A stretch of 62,163 nucleotides of DNA from a virus (lineage: Duplodnaviria; Caudoviricetes). How positions within the stretch are numbered: position 1 is the stretch's first letter; each line of letters opens with the position of its first letter. Below are positions 9,698-18,405 of the stretch, piece after piece. The stretch lies in the IMG/VR virus record IMGVR_UViG_3300013126_004346, positions 1 to 62,163 of that record; one strand, given 5' to 3'. The notes under the pieces were generated by a model. It was not told where the DNA came from and made no database searches. It saw only the letters and a program-made list of their open reading frames with translations. The position numbers and the translations under genes were made by a program.

Positions 9698-10806
9698 TGA
9701 ATATTGCATTTAAAGAAGCTTTGGGATACGACGATATCGCATTGCTACCTAATTTTTCAGATATTTCTTCAAGAAAAGAAGTTTGTACGATAACTAAAAT
9801 ATCTAAAAACAAATACATTGATTTGCCTATTATTCTATCTCCTATGGATACAATATCATCGGTAAAATCTTGCATTAAAATAAATAAATTAGGCGGCGCT
9901 GGTGTTTTGCATAGATTTATGTCCTGTGAAGAGCAAGCCGCAAAAGCTAAAAAGATCAGAGAAGAAAGTAATTTTTGTGTTACGGCTATAGGATTAAAAG
10001 ATGCCTTTGAAAGAATAAAAATTACTAATTCATATACAGACATCTATTTTTTAGACACGGCTAATGGTTTAGCTAAAAATGTTGAAGATTTTTTATGTTG
10101 GTATAAAACGTCTTCTTTTATACAAGATATAATTGTTGGAAATACATTAACAAAGGAAAGCGTTTACAGACTTGCTAATTTAAAAGCTGATGGATTTAGA
10201 CATTTAATTGGGCCTGGAAGTATGTGCCTAACTCAAATTAAAACTGGTATTGGTTGTCCAAGTGTTACTGGTTTGTCATATGCTTGGAAAGCGGTAAGAA
10301 ATTTTCAATTGGCTAATTTAGATTATTTTAGACAAGAAAATCCGAAAGAAGAAAACAGGCCGAGTATTCTCGCTGATGGAGGAATTAGATATCCTAGAGA
10401 TTTAGTTAAAGCCATAGTAAGCGGGGCTGATGCTGTTGTCTGTGGTAGGATTTTCGCAGGGCTTGCAGATGTTATAGATGAAGAAAATATAATAGAAAAA
10501 GATGGCAAAAGATATGGTAAATATAGAGGCATGGCTAGTCAAGATGTAGTAGAAGATTACGAGCTTTATGATGGAACGAAAAAGAATTTGTTTGTAGAAG
10601 GCGATAAAACTCTTGTGCCATTAATTGAAGATCTAACAATTGAAGATGTTGTTTATGATTTTGTAAATGGTTTAAGAAGTTCCATGAGTTATTTAAATTT
10701 TAAATCTATTGAAGAAATGCGAGGATCTCTTTGGACAGGCAAAACAAAAGCTATTCGAGTTTCTCCAAATAATGCATATGAGAGTTTCGCCCATGGAAAA
10801 ATTTGA
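9697..10806 (+). CDS. IMP dehydrogenase / GMP reductase family enzyme without CBS domains
   Basis: SPMDT, GVLHRF, IGPGSMC (catalytic Cys), ILADGGIR, YRGMAS, GLRSSMSY. Confidence 0.9.
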   Translation: MNIAFKEALGYDDIALLPNFSDISSRKEVCTITKISKNKYIDLPIILSPMDTISSVKSCIKINKLGGAGVLHRFMSCEEQAAKAKKIREESNFCVTAIGLKDAFERIKITNSYTDIYFLDTANGLAKNVEDFLCWYKTSSFIQDIIVGNTLTKESVYRLANLKADGFRHLIGPGSMCLTQIKTGIGCPSVTGLSYAWKAVRNFQLANLDYFRQENPKEENRPSILADGGIRYPRDLVKAIVSGADAVVCGRIFAGLADVIDEENIIEKDGKRYGKYRGMASQDVVEDYELYDGTKKNLFVEGDKTLVPLIEDLTIEDVVYDFVNGLRSSMSYLNFKSIEEMRGSLWTGKTKAIRVSPNNAYESFAHGKI

Positions 10807-11458
10807 ATATTTAATTATATCTGATATCCATTTAGGCGATAAAGACTGTCGGGCTGAAGAACTATTAAAAGTTCTTAAAAATAAACAAAGTAAAAATATT
10901 ATAATTGCTGGAGACTTATTTGATCATCATAATCTTTCGAGATTAAAAAAAGACCATTGGAGAGTTTTATCAAAATTAAGAAAATTATCTAAAAGAAAAA
11001 AAATTATATATTTGATTGGTAATCATTGTTTTTTGAAAGCAGAATTCATGAGTATACTTTTGGGATTTGATTGTAGAGACGAATTAATTTTAGATGTTAA
11101 TGGAAAAAAGATTTTAGTGGTACATGGAGATATTTTCGATATTTATTTTACTAAATTTAAAATATTAACTAATTTTATTATTAAATGCTATTACTTGGTA
11201 AGACATTATACTCCATATGCAGATGATTTTTTTAGATTATTTAAAGCTAGAAAAGGTGGTTTTATAGAAAGAAGCTCTAGAGTCAAAGAAAATGCTTTAA
11301 AATATTTAAAAATGAAAAATTATGATGTAATAATCTGTGGTCATACTCATTTTCCAGAATATGATAAAGACTATATAAATAGTGGTAGCTTTTGCGAAAA
11401 AGAGTCTGCTTTTGTAACAATTGATCAAAAAGGCAAAATAAAATTAGAAAAAATATGA
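10793..11458 (+). CDS. LpxH-like metallophosphoesterase (UDP-2,3-diacylglucosamine diphosphatase family)
   Basis: SDIHLG, GDLFD, GNH, HGD, GHTH, NSGS; the likely start is ATG 10793 rather than the track TTG. Confidence 0.8.
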   Translation: MEKFEYLIISDIHLGDKDCRAEELLKVLKNKQSKNIIIAGDLFDHHNLSRLKKDHWRVLSKLRKLSKRKKIIYLIGNHCFLKAEFMSILLGFDCRDELILDVNGKKILVVHGDIFDIYFTKFKILTNFIIKCYYLVRHYTPYADDFFRLFKARKGGFIERSSRVKENALKYLKMKNYDVIICGHTHFPEYDKDYINSGSFCEKESAFVTIDQKGKIKLEKI

Positions 11459-11865
11459 GAATATCTTTTGAAGATATGGCTATTGAAATAGCCAAGATAA
11501 GTTCTTTGAGATCCGAAGATCAACATAAAAAAGTTGGTTGTTCAATAATAAATCAAGAAGGCAGACTTCTCTCAATAGGATATAATGGTCTTCAGGCTAA
11601 ACAAAATATTAATGATTCTTTTTGGAATGATAGAGAACAAAGAAGAGCTTATGTAATTCATGCAGAAACAAATGCTCTTTCTTGTATAACTAGATATGAT
11701 AAACCATATCTGCTTGCCTCAACTCTTTTGCCATGTTCTTGCTGTGCAATGAATATTGTCTCATATGGAATAAAAAAAGTTATATATTTAGAAGATTACG
11801 ACAGAGACCAAAAATCAATAGATATCTTTAAATTTTATAATATTGAGCTTAAAAAAATAAATTGA
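11455..11865 (+). CDS. dCMP deaminase
   Basis: KVGC, GYNG, HAE and PCSCC zinc motifs. Confidence 0.9.
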   Translation: MRISFEDMAIEIAKISSLRSEDQHKKVGCSIINQEGRLLSIGYNGLQAKQNINDSFWNDREQRRAYVIHAETNALSCITRYDKPYLLASTLLPCSCCAMNIVSYGIKKVIYLEDYDRDQKSIDIFKFYNIELKKIN

Positions 11866-11899
11866 TTTATTTACAAATATAATATATACTTATAAAACA

Positions 11900-12103
11900 A
11901 TGAATAAAGCTAAAGCAAATGTCCTAAAAAGAATGATTGGTAAAAGAGTAGTTGTTATTAAAGACCATGTAAAAAATGAATATGCACATGGTAGAGTATT
12001 AGATTGTTCTGGAGAAGACACGTTGAAGGTGGAAATCTTTGAAGATAAAGTTTACAACATAAATATCTTTGATATAAGATCACCATGTCCAGATTATCCA
12101 TGA
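11900..12103 (+). CDS. hypothetical protein
   Basis: 67-aa ORF downstream of an AT-rich promoter-like region. Confidence 0.6.
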   Translation: MNKAKANVLKRMIGKRVVVIKDHVKNEYAHGRVLDCSGEDTLKVEIFEDKVYNINIFDIRSPCPDYP

Positions 12104-12327
12104 GTGAAGATTTACCAGAAAATATAAATTTAAACCATATAACGCCTTATATTAAGGCTTATGATAGAGCGCCAATACACAGGCTTGCACCAAAAATGCA
12201 AAGAAATGATTTATGTAAGGTTTCTGGTAAAAAATTTAAAAATTGCTGTGGACAAGGAAATCAAATTAATTATTGCAAAGTAATGTTAGAAAGTTTTTTT
12301 GAAAAAGATATAAAAAATGGAAGTTGA
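12100..12327 (+). CDS. SEC-C motif protein
   Basis: RNDLCKVSGKKFKNCCG; ATGA overlap at 12100. Confidence 0.65.
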   Translation: MSEDLPENINLNHITPYIKAYDRAPIHRLAPKMQRNDLCKVSGKKFKNCCGQGNQINYCKVMLESFFEKDIKNGS

Positions 12328-13321
12328 GTTTGTTGATGTAATTTTTGGGCTTTGTTGGGGTGATGAAGGCAAGGGTAAAATTAGTAATGCTATATCAAAA
12401 GATTATGATGCTGTTTGTCGTTGGAATGGAGGATCAAACGCTGGACATACGGTTTATATAAATGAAAAGAAGCACAAAACTCATATTGTCCCTTGCGGAA
12501 TATTTTCTTCTAAAAAAAGTATTATTGGTCCGAACTGTGTAATTAGCGTAGATGGTTTTTATAAAGAGATAGAATATTTAAAAAATGAAGGATTTGATAC
12601 ATCTTTAATAAAGATTAGCCCAAAAGCTCATATTGTAACTCAATCTCATATAGATTATGATTTGAAATTTTTAAAAGAAAAACTCGGAACAACTGGACAA
12701 GGAATTGCTCCAGCCTATGCAGACAAAATGCTAAGAATAGGAAAGCTTGCTAAAGATTTTATAGATAAAAAATATATATGGGATGGTGAATTATATGGTA
12801 AAATATTGTGTGAAGGTGCTCAAAGTTTTTGGCTTGACATAAACTATGGAGATTATCCATACGTTACAAGTAGTGAGACTTTACCGTATTCTGCTTGCTC
12901 GCTAGGATTTTCTCCAAAAAAAATAAGAGATATAATTGGTGTGGCGAAAATTTATGATACAAAAAGCGGTAAAGATCCATTATTTCCAGAAACTTTATGG
13001 GACGATCCTATTTTAAATAAAATTATAGAGCTTGGAAAAGAGTTTGGCTCAACAACTGGAAGAAAAAGAATTGTTAATTGGTTGCGACTAAATAATCTAA
13101 TAACTGCAATAAAATTATCTGGAGCCAATAAAGTAATAATAAATAAATGTGATATTCTACAAGAAATAAATGAATATAAAATATTATTAGATGATGAATA
13201 TGGGCCGAATTTTATAAAATTTATAGACTTTGAATCAATGAAATCATATATTACTAATGAACTAAAGAAAATAAAAGATTTTTCTGAGGTTATTTTTTCT
13301 GGTAATAAAAATGGAATTTAA
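12317..13321 (+). CDS. purA: adenylosuccinate synthetase (compact form)
   Basis: WGDEGKGK, GGSNAGHT, GTTGQGI, EGAQ, YPYVTSS, TTGRKR, NKCD. Confidence 0.92.
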   Translation: MEVEFVDVIFGLCWGDEGKGKISNAISKDYDAVCRWNGGSNAGHTVYINEKKHKTHIVPCGIFSSKKSIIGPNCVISVDGFYKEIEYLKNEGFDTSLIKISPKAHIVTQSHIDYDLKFLKEKLGTTGQGIAPAYADKMLRIGKLAKDFIDKKYIWDGELYGKILCEGAQSFWLDINYGDYPYVTSSETLPYSACSLGFSPKKIRDIIGVAKIYDTKSGKDPLFPETLWDDPILNKIIELGKEFGSTTGRKRIVNWLRLNNLITAIKLSGANKVIINKCDILQEINEYKILLDDEYGPNFIKFIDFESMKSYITNELKKIKDFSEVIFSGNKNGI

Positions 13322-13529
13322 ATTAATAAAATCTAAACCTCATTATAAAAAGTATATAAATAAGTTTAAAGATACTCATTTATCTCAAGCAATATTTAAA
13401 GATAATAATGATTCTCCAAATGAATATCCCTGCCTATGCTATACTTATGTAAGTAATGATATTAATGGTATTGGGTATAAAAGTGTTTTTGTGTATAAAA
13501 AAGATTTTAATTTATTTTCTAATGTTTAA
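13311..13529 (+). CDS. hypothetical protein
   Basis: 72-aa ORF overlapping the purA stop. Confidence 0.55.
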   Translation: MEFKLIKSKPHYKKYINKFKDTHLSQAIFKDNNDSPNEYPCLCYTYVSNDINGIGYKSVFVYKKDFNLFSNV

Positions 13530-13889
13530 AATAAAATCTATAGTTTCTTTTTTAGTAAAATCATTCTTCATAACATTTATGCAGTAACATACAAATTCAA
13601 CATTGCCTTGAATATATCCTTTATTTGGATCTATCCTATCTAAACTCAATTTAGTGGGACTTTTCTTTATGTCTTCATCTTGAGAACTTCTCGGAATTTC
13701 CATTTTTATATTTGTATATGGACATAAACCGTTCTGATTATCGTAAATCTTTTTGAGGTATTCTAAAGTCAGATCAGTTTGCTCTCCTCTTTCTCTACTA
13801 CGAGACCTTGCTTTATTTAAAGAGTATTTGAATGGACTATATTTGTCCAATCTACATTTATAATTTTTTTTTGATTTTATTTTATGCAC
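13512..13889 (-). CDS. HNH/His-Me-finger endonuclease-like protein (putative free-standing homing endonuclease)
   Basis: QNGLCPYT...LSLDRIDPNKGYIQGNVEFVC..INVMK. Confidence 0.7.
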   Translation of the reverse strand: MHKIKSKKNYKCRLDKYSPFKYSLNKARSRSRERGEQTDLTLEYLKKIYDNQNGLCPYTNIKMEIPRSSQDEDIKKSPTKLSLDRIDPNKGYIQGNVEFVCYCINVMKNDFTKKETIDFILNIRK

Positions 13890-13910
13890 AAATTAATTTA
13901 TTAAATTTCT

Positions 13911-14298
13911 TGGACCCGAAAGGAGTTGAACCTTTGTCTTTTAGAGAACTTAAATTAAAATACTACAGGTTTATTTCTTTTTATTTTTTGCCTTTTATAG
14001 ATAAAGAACAAACATAATTGGCGATTTTATTTTTAATACTAAATATTAATAGAATAAAAAAACTATTAGTATAAAGACATCTAAATACGCAATATTCCAG
14101 TAGATGTGTCGTGGATATCACGCTGTAGAACTTAGGCTACAGAAACGGTCTCCTCAGCTAGAGAGACTCTAGCAGAGATATGACCTTTGTATTTAGCTGT
14201 TTTGGCAGTTAATACTTTTAAGGCTTTTTAAAGAGACCCACCTAAACCTCTACCTGCATTTTAATCTCGATTCCTAAAATCGAAACCAGTACGGGCCC
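13911..14298 (-). ncRNA. ssrA: tmRNA
   Basis: 5' GGGCCCGUACUGGUUUCGA; 3' T-arm AAAGG-UUCAACU-CCUUU then CGGGUCC-A; acceptor stem has the G3:U Ala identity pair; UAACU-GCC resume context; tag ORF 14206-14132 AKTAKYKGHISARVSLAEETVSVA-stop; CCA not encoded. Confidence 0.94.
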
Positions 14299-14300
14299 AA

Positions 14301-14327
14301 TGTTAAAGAACTATATTTATATTACAA
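14301..14327 (-). promoter_or_regulatory. TGTAA-type promoter plus boxA-like element upstream of the tmRNA
   Basis: TTGTAA-N9-AGTTCTTTAACA-TT-GGGCCC; GTTCTTTAACA closely matches the rrn boxA consensus GCTCTTTAACA. Confidence 0.6.
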
Positions 14328-14333
14328 TAGATT

Positions 14334-14362
14334 TTGACTTTTATCAATAAATATTATATAAT
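14334..14362 (+). promoter_or_regulatory. sigma70-type promoter
   Basis: TTGACT-17 bp-TATAAT, 7 nt before ATG 14370. Confidence 0.7.
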
Positions 14363-14369
14363 AATATAT

Positions 14370-14525
14370 ATGGAAAAAATTTTGAATTTATTAAATCAAA
14401 TTATAGAAAAGCACGAATGGGAAGATTCTAGAAATCCTGATAGGAAACCTGGAGATACTTGGGATTTGTATCATTTAAAATTATTAAAAAAAATGTTAGA
14501 GGAATATAGTAATGCCAAAAATTAA
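14370..14525 (+). CDS. small hypothetical protein
   Basis: ATG directly after the promoter; MEKILNLL...WDLYHLKLLK. Confidence 0.6.
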   Translation: MEKILNLLNQIIEKHEWEDSRNPDRKPGDTWDLYHLKLLKKMLEEYSNAKN

Positions 14526-14679
14526 AAGAAACAAATATTACGCAATTTACTCGAAAAATGATAATTTCTTGCACGGAGTTTTTCCTTTAAATAAAGAAGG
14601 ATTAAAAAAAGCTAAAAATTATATATCTGAAATTTCTAGTAAGAAAAAACGAAATCCATATTATATAGAAGAAAAATAA
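14512..14679 (+). CDS. small basic hypothetical protein (55 aa, MPKIKRNKYYAIYSK...)
   Basis: Manual translation; overlaps the upstream stop and fills the gap. Confidence 0.55.
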   Translation: MPKIKRNKYYAIYSKNDNFLHGVFPLNKEGLKKAKNYISEISSKKKRNPYYIEEK

Positions 14680-14721
14680 TTTATTTAACATAAACTAATT
14701 CTCAGATGTAATTATAAATAG

Positions 14722-15357
14722 ATGAGTTTTTTAAATGCAAATATCCCTCCAATTGAATGTTATGTAAGAGGAAATTATTTAAGAAATCAAGAAGATAGTC
14801 ACGATAAATATTTTCAAGTTTTAATATTTGGAGTAACATCGTTACCTTCTCAAGTCCCACTTTTTAATTTTATCATGGAAGATGGTGGAATTTGGTGGCA
14901 TGCACCAATTAGTGCGTTTTGCTCAAAAGAAGGTGTTCCAGAGCAAGATATTCATGAACTAGAATTATGGGATAGTTTTAGTTATCATATAGCAGTAACT
15001 AAATTTTCTATATTTCAAAATAAGAAATTAAAATTTTTATCTAGAAATGGGAAAGAGCATTTTGGAACATATTTATTTACGCTTGATTGGGCGCATAGTG
15101 ATTATAATGAACTTAATTTTGGGTTCAGTGAAAATCCTGGACAACATAAGTGTGGACATGTACTACAATTAGATAATGGTAATTTTGCTATACAACCAAA
15201 TAATAGATTAAGATTATATGATCCAAATTTTGTTACAAAACAAGGACAAAATCTTATTGAACGTAAAGTAAATAGTCATATTTATAGTGTTGAAAATTGT
15301 CCTAAATGGGTAAGCGAAGATTCTGATAATTACGAATATAAAATAAATCAAATTTAA
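14722..15357 (+). CDS. conserved hypothetical phage protein
   Basis: YLFTLDW...QHKCGHVLQLDNGNFAIQPNNR, a pattern recalled from aquatic phages. Confidence 0.75.
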   Translation: MSFLNANIPPIECYVRGNYLRNQEDSHDKYFQVLIFGVTSLPSQVPLFNFIMEDGGIWWHAPISAFCSKEGVPEQDIHELELWDSFSYHIAVTKFSIFQNKKLKFLSRNGKEHFGTYLFTLDWAHSDYNELNFGFSENPGQHKCGHVLQLDNGNFAIQPNNRLRLYDPNFVTKQGQNLIERKVNSHIYSVENCPKWVSEDSDNYEYKINQI

Positions 15358-15391
15358 TTAGTAGATTATATATAAATTGATATAATATTAT

Positions 15392-15736
15392 ATGCCAGAA
15401 TATATTTATCAACATCCTAATACAGAAAAAATTATAACTATCATGCAAAGCGTTCATGATAATCATGAATATATAGATGAAAATGGTTTAAAATGGAATA
15501 GAATATTTACTTCTCCACAATTAAATACTCAAGGAAAATTATCAGCTGAATCTAATCAAAAAGATTTTGCAGAATATACCAAAAATCATAAGGGTACGAT
15601 TGGAGATTTATGGGATAGAAGTGCTGAGCTTTCAGAAAAAAGAACTAAAATATATGGAAAAGATCCTATTAAAGATAAATATTTTAAAGATTGGAGTAAA
15701 AAAAGAAAAGGCAAAAAGCATCCATTAGATAATTAA
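15392..15736 (+). CDS. hypothetical protein (FmdB-like N-terminus without the Cys residues)
   Basis: MPEYIYQHP...WNRIFTSP; 114 aa. Confidence 0.65.
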   Translation: MPEYIYQHPNTEKIITIMQSVHDNHEYIDENGLKWNRIFTSPQLNTQGKLSAESNQKDFAEYTKNHKGTIGDLWDRSAELSEKRTKIYGKDPIKDKYFKDWSKKRKGKKHPLDN

Positions 15737-16410
15737 TTTCCTTTCCATTCTTGATACTGTTTAACAGTTTCACTTCTTAAGTCTTTTTCTTCAGCATATT
15801 TACCATCTATTACACCCTCTTCACCTTCACAACATTCATGGCTTACTTTCATTTTTTGCTTATAGTAAGTAAAATCTAATTGTTTATTCCAAGAAAATGT
15901 CCCCTCTCCATGTAGTTCACCACCATTCAACATAAGTCCATCATGAGAAGGAGAAACAGAATCGGGAATGCCGATAACCTTTCCTCGACCTACAAAAGTA
16001 CCTGCTTTTTCAGGGCCATATAATACATTTGGGCCAAGTACTTTATCTCTAGTACCATTTATAGTTGCTGGATTCCAATATTGACATTTACATTCACTAT
16101 TTAAACTTTCCCCTTTTACATAAACAATTTTTTGAGAGATAGCAGCATATTTTTTTCTTTGAAATTCGGGTTTGCTATAATCAAACTTGATCTGGCTGCA
16201 AGGACAAGACCCCATAACAATCTCTGTGTGTGATTTAAATACAAAACCGAGGCCGTGGGCGGCAGGATTATATTTTCCATCAAAGGTATTACTATACAAT
16301 ACAGTGCCACGAAAACTACAACCTATTGCGTCTTTTCCATCCCAAATTCTAGAGGCATCATATTCATATTCTGTCTTAATAAAGTTTGATTCACAATCAC
16401 AGCATGCCAT
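15733..16410 (-). CDS. Cys-rich hypothetical protein, possibly virion-associated
   Basis: 225 aa; MACCDC, CPC, CKC, ECC; co-oriented with the 557-aa gene. Confidence 0.65.
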   Translation of the reverse strand: MACCDCESNFIKTEYEYDASRIWDGKDAIGCSFRGTVLYSNTFDGKYNPAAHGLGFVFKSHTEIVMGSCPCSQIKFDYSKPEFQRKKYAAISQKIVYVKGESLNSECKCQYWNPATINGTRDKVLGPNVLYGPEKAGTFVGRGKVIGIPDSVSPSHDGLMLNGGELHGEGTFSWNKQLDFTYYKQKMKVSHECCEGEEGVIDGKYAEEKDLRSETVKQYQEWKGN

Positions 16411-16426
16411 ATATTTTATTTACTCC

Positions 16427-18100
16427 TTATTTTTTAAATTTAGAAACTCTTTTTAGAGCTCTATTTAGATTTTGTTCAATAGCTATTCCAGACAAATAAT
16501 TTATTGAAAGTTTTTTAATTTTTTGATTTATATTATATCTTGCGTTTTTTTGGCTTTCAATTAGAGAAGTATATAAATTTTCACCGTATCCTCTTCCAAT
16601 TACATTAAATTCATTATTTTCTATACTTACATATTGCTTAAGCCCACTTGAGCCATAATATAGACGACCAGATTCATTAAATCCTTGATAAGATAAGTAT
16701 TTAGTTATCATCCTGTCTTTAGAATCATTCGTTCCAAATCCTGTATATAAAAGATATAGAGGGAAATACATTCCAACATCTTTATTGTATTCTGTAGTTA
16801 TAAATTCTATTGTAAATAAAGTTTCTTTAGGAATAATACCATCCCATGTTCCAGTATTAAAATTTTTACTTCCTGTATATATATCTTTATAAAATCTATA
16901 GAACAGAGTATCTTTAATTGGAGTTAATTGACGAAGATGTTGATCGGAATTTATAGCGAAATAATTATAATAACCAGAAATACCAAAACAATCTACAGGA
17001 TTAACAAGACCCGACTCAAGATTATCAATAGTAAGGCCTGATGCATGAAAACCAGTTTGGTTAGTGCATCCAGTCTTAAATATACTCTCTATAAATTGAC
17101 TTGTGTGTTCTCCAGAAAAACGACTTCTTATTCCAGTTGAGGGAAATACTTCGCCAGTAAAATACTGTGATCCTAGAAATAGAGAATTTATTATAATTCC
17201 AGAAGGAAATCTTTTATAACTAATGTTTGAGTATAAACCTGTTTGTTTTACAGGAACATAAACTAAACAATTAGCTTTTCCAGTAGATAAACCATGAGGA
17301 GAAATATAACATATTTTAGAACTAACTCCTGTTCCAGTTGATATCGTTATTATGCCATTTAAATTTTTAAACCCTTCTAAATGTAAATGAGAAGCAGCTA
17401 ATTTTAAAGGTATTGGATATTTATTAAAAGACCAAGTATCTACAGTATTTGGATAAGTTAGATAAAAATTTGAATAAGATGGATTTCCACTTACAATACC
17501 ATTTGTGTTTCCAGTCGTCCATTTTCTAAATGCAAAAGACTGTTTAAAAGCTGCGCCACTAATAAAATTAGAATTTCCAACGTAAACAGTATTATTTTTT
17601 CTATAGTTTTTAGTTGAGTCGTATGTAAAACTTTGTCCAGTTAATATGCTAGAATTTGAAAAAGAAGTACTAAAAGCATGTCTAGCGTATACTATTTCAT
17701 CATCTGCACCAAGTATATAATCATCACTATTTTTAATCGGATTATAATTTTTAATTGAATTGAGATAATCATTTGCTTCATAATTTGCTAAAGAATTTTC
17801 TAAATAAAAGTAACCAAGTTGGCCATATGCTGGAAGTTTTAAATTAAATTCTGAATAATTTTCAGAAATATTTATTGGAATTTCATACATTTGATAAGTC
17901 TCATATGAACTCTGAGATTTTATTAAATCTTTTATAACTAAAACTGGTTTTGGAAGTCTTAAGGTCCCTTTATTTATAATATCTATAGTTGCTTTTTGTA
18001 ATTTTTTATGAGTAATTTTATCTGAATCTACAAATTGTGTATCTTCAGAAGCTTGAATAAAAGCCCCTAGACCCAATTTAATTAATTGCTTCTTAGTCAT
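16427..18100 (-). CDS. putative virion structural (tail/baseplate) protein
   Basis: 557 aa, rich in TG/SG and beta-strand-like sequence, like the protein at 61377. Confidence 0.55.
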   Translation of the reverse strand: MTKKQLIKLGLGAFIQASEDTQFVDSDKITHKKLQKATIDIINKGTLRLPKPVLVIKDLIKSQSSYETYQMYEIPINISENYSEFNLKLPAYGQLGYFYLENSLANYEANDYLNSIKNYNPIKNSDDYILGADDEIVYARHAFSTSFSNSSILTGQSFTYDSTKNYRKNNTVYVGNSNFISGAAFKQSFAFRKWTTGNTNGIVSGNPSYSNFYLTYPNTVDTWSFNKYPIPLKLAASHLHLEGFKNLNGIITISTGTGVSSKICYISPHGLSTGKANCLVYVPVKQTGLYSNISYKRFPSGIIINSLFLGSQYFTGEVFPSTGIRSRFSGEHTSQFIESIFKTGCTNQTGFHASGLTIDNLESGLVNPVDCFGISGYYNYFAINSDQHLRQLTPIKDTLFYRFYKDIYTGSKNFNTGTWDGIIPKETLFTIEFITTEYNKDVGMYFPLYLLYTGFGTNDSKDRMITKYLSYQGFNESGRLYYGSSGLKQYVSIENNEFNVIGRGYGENLYTSLIESQKNARYNINQKIKKLSINYLSGIAIEQNLNRALKRVSKFKK

Positions 18101-18171
18101 TATGCTTAGCCTGGCTTACAAAACTGCGCACTCCACTTTTTCTGTGTGTACCGACGCGTTTCGTATTCAAG

Positions 18172-18405
18172 CATTTTGTTTATGCTAAATTGTTTATATT
18201 TAGCTTCTCTATATCACTATAAAGATCAGACTATATCTTCTTGCTTTTGCAAGTTCGGGCGCTCGTGGGCAATATTATTGTTGGGACTCAATCGCCTAGT
18301 CGTTACACCTTACAACCTATCTTTCCCAGTTGTCTTGGCTCGGTATAATCTCAAAGAGACTTCCACCGAATTCACCCAAAATGGCCATTTAAATTATAAA
18401 GAACT
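18172..18405 (-). ncRNA. group I intron/ribozyme catalytic core (P3-P9 plus omega-G) with no identifiable host gene
   Basis: P3 UUUGGGUG (18380-73) pairs with CGCCCGAA (18261-54); P element AAUUCGGUGGAA; Q element AUACCGAGCCAAG; R element GUGUAACGACUA; S element AAGAUAUAGUCU; P8 CUUGC-AAAA-GCAAG; P9 hairpins; ends AUAAACAAAAUG at 18172. Confidence 0.85.

Noticed and set aside
12317-13321. PurZ (Z-genome, 2-aminoadenine) synthase
   Set aside because: The catalytic motif is GDEGKG with Asp, as in PurA; PurZ has Ser there. TTGRKR is also PurA-like, and no dATPase or MazZ neighbours are visible.
13832-14017. Plus-strand ORF in the track
   Set aside because: It is antisense to the tmRNA 3' end and the HNH gene and has low-complexity sequence; it is a shadow ORF.
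18105-18155. Twister ribozyme (AAAAGUGGAGUG and AAGCCAGG resemble twister segments)
   Set aside because: The P2 and P4 pairings and the pseudoknots could not be built in any permutation.
18041-18165. Complete cis hammerhead using CUGAAGA at about 18048 with CGAAACGCGUC
   Set aside because: Stems I and II do not pair in this arrangement.
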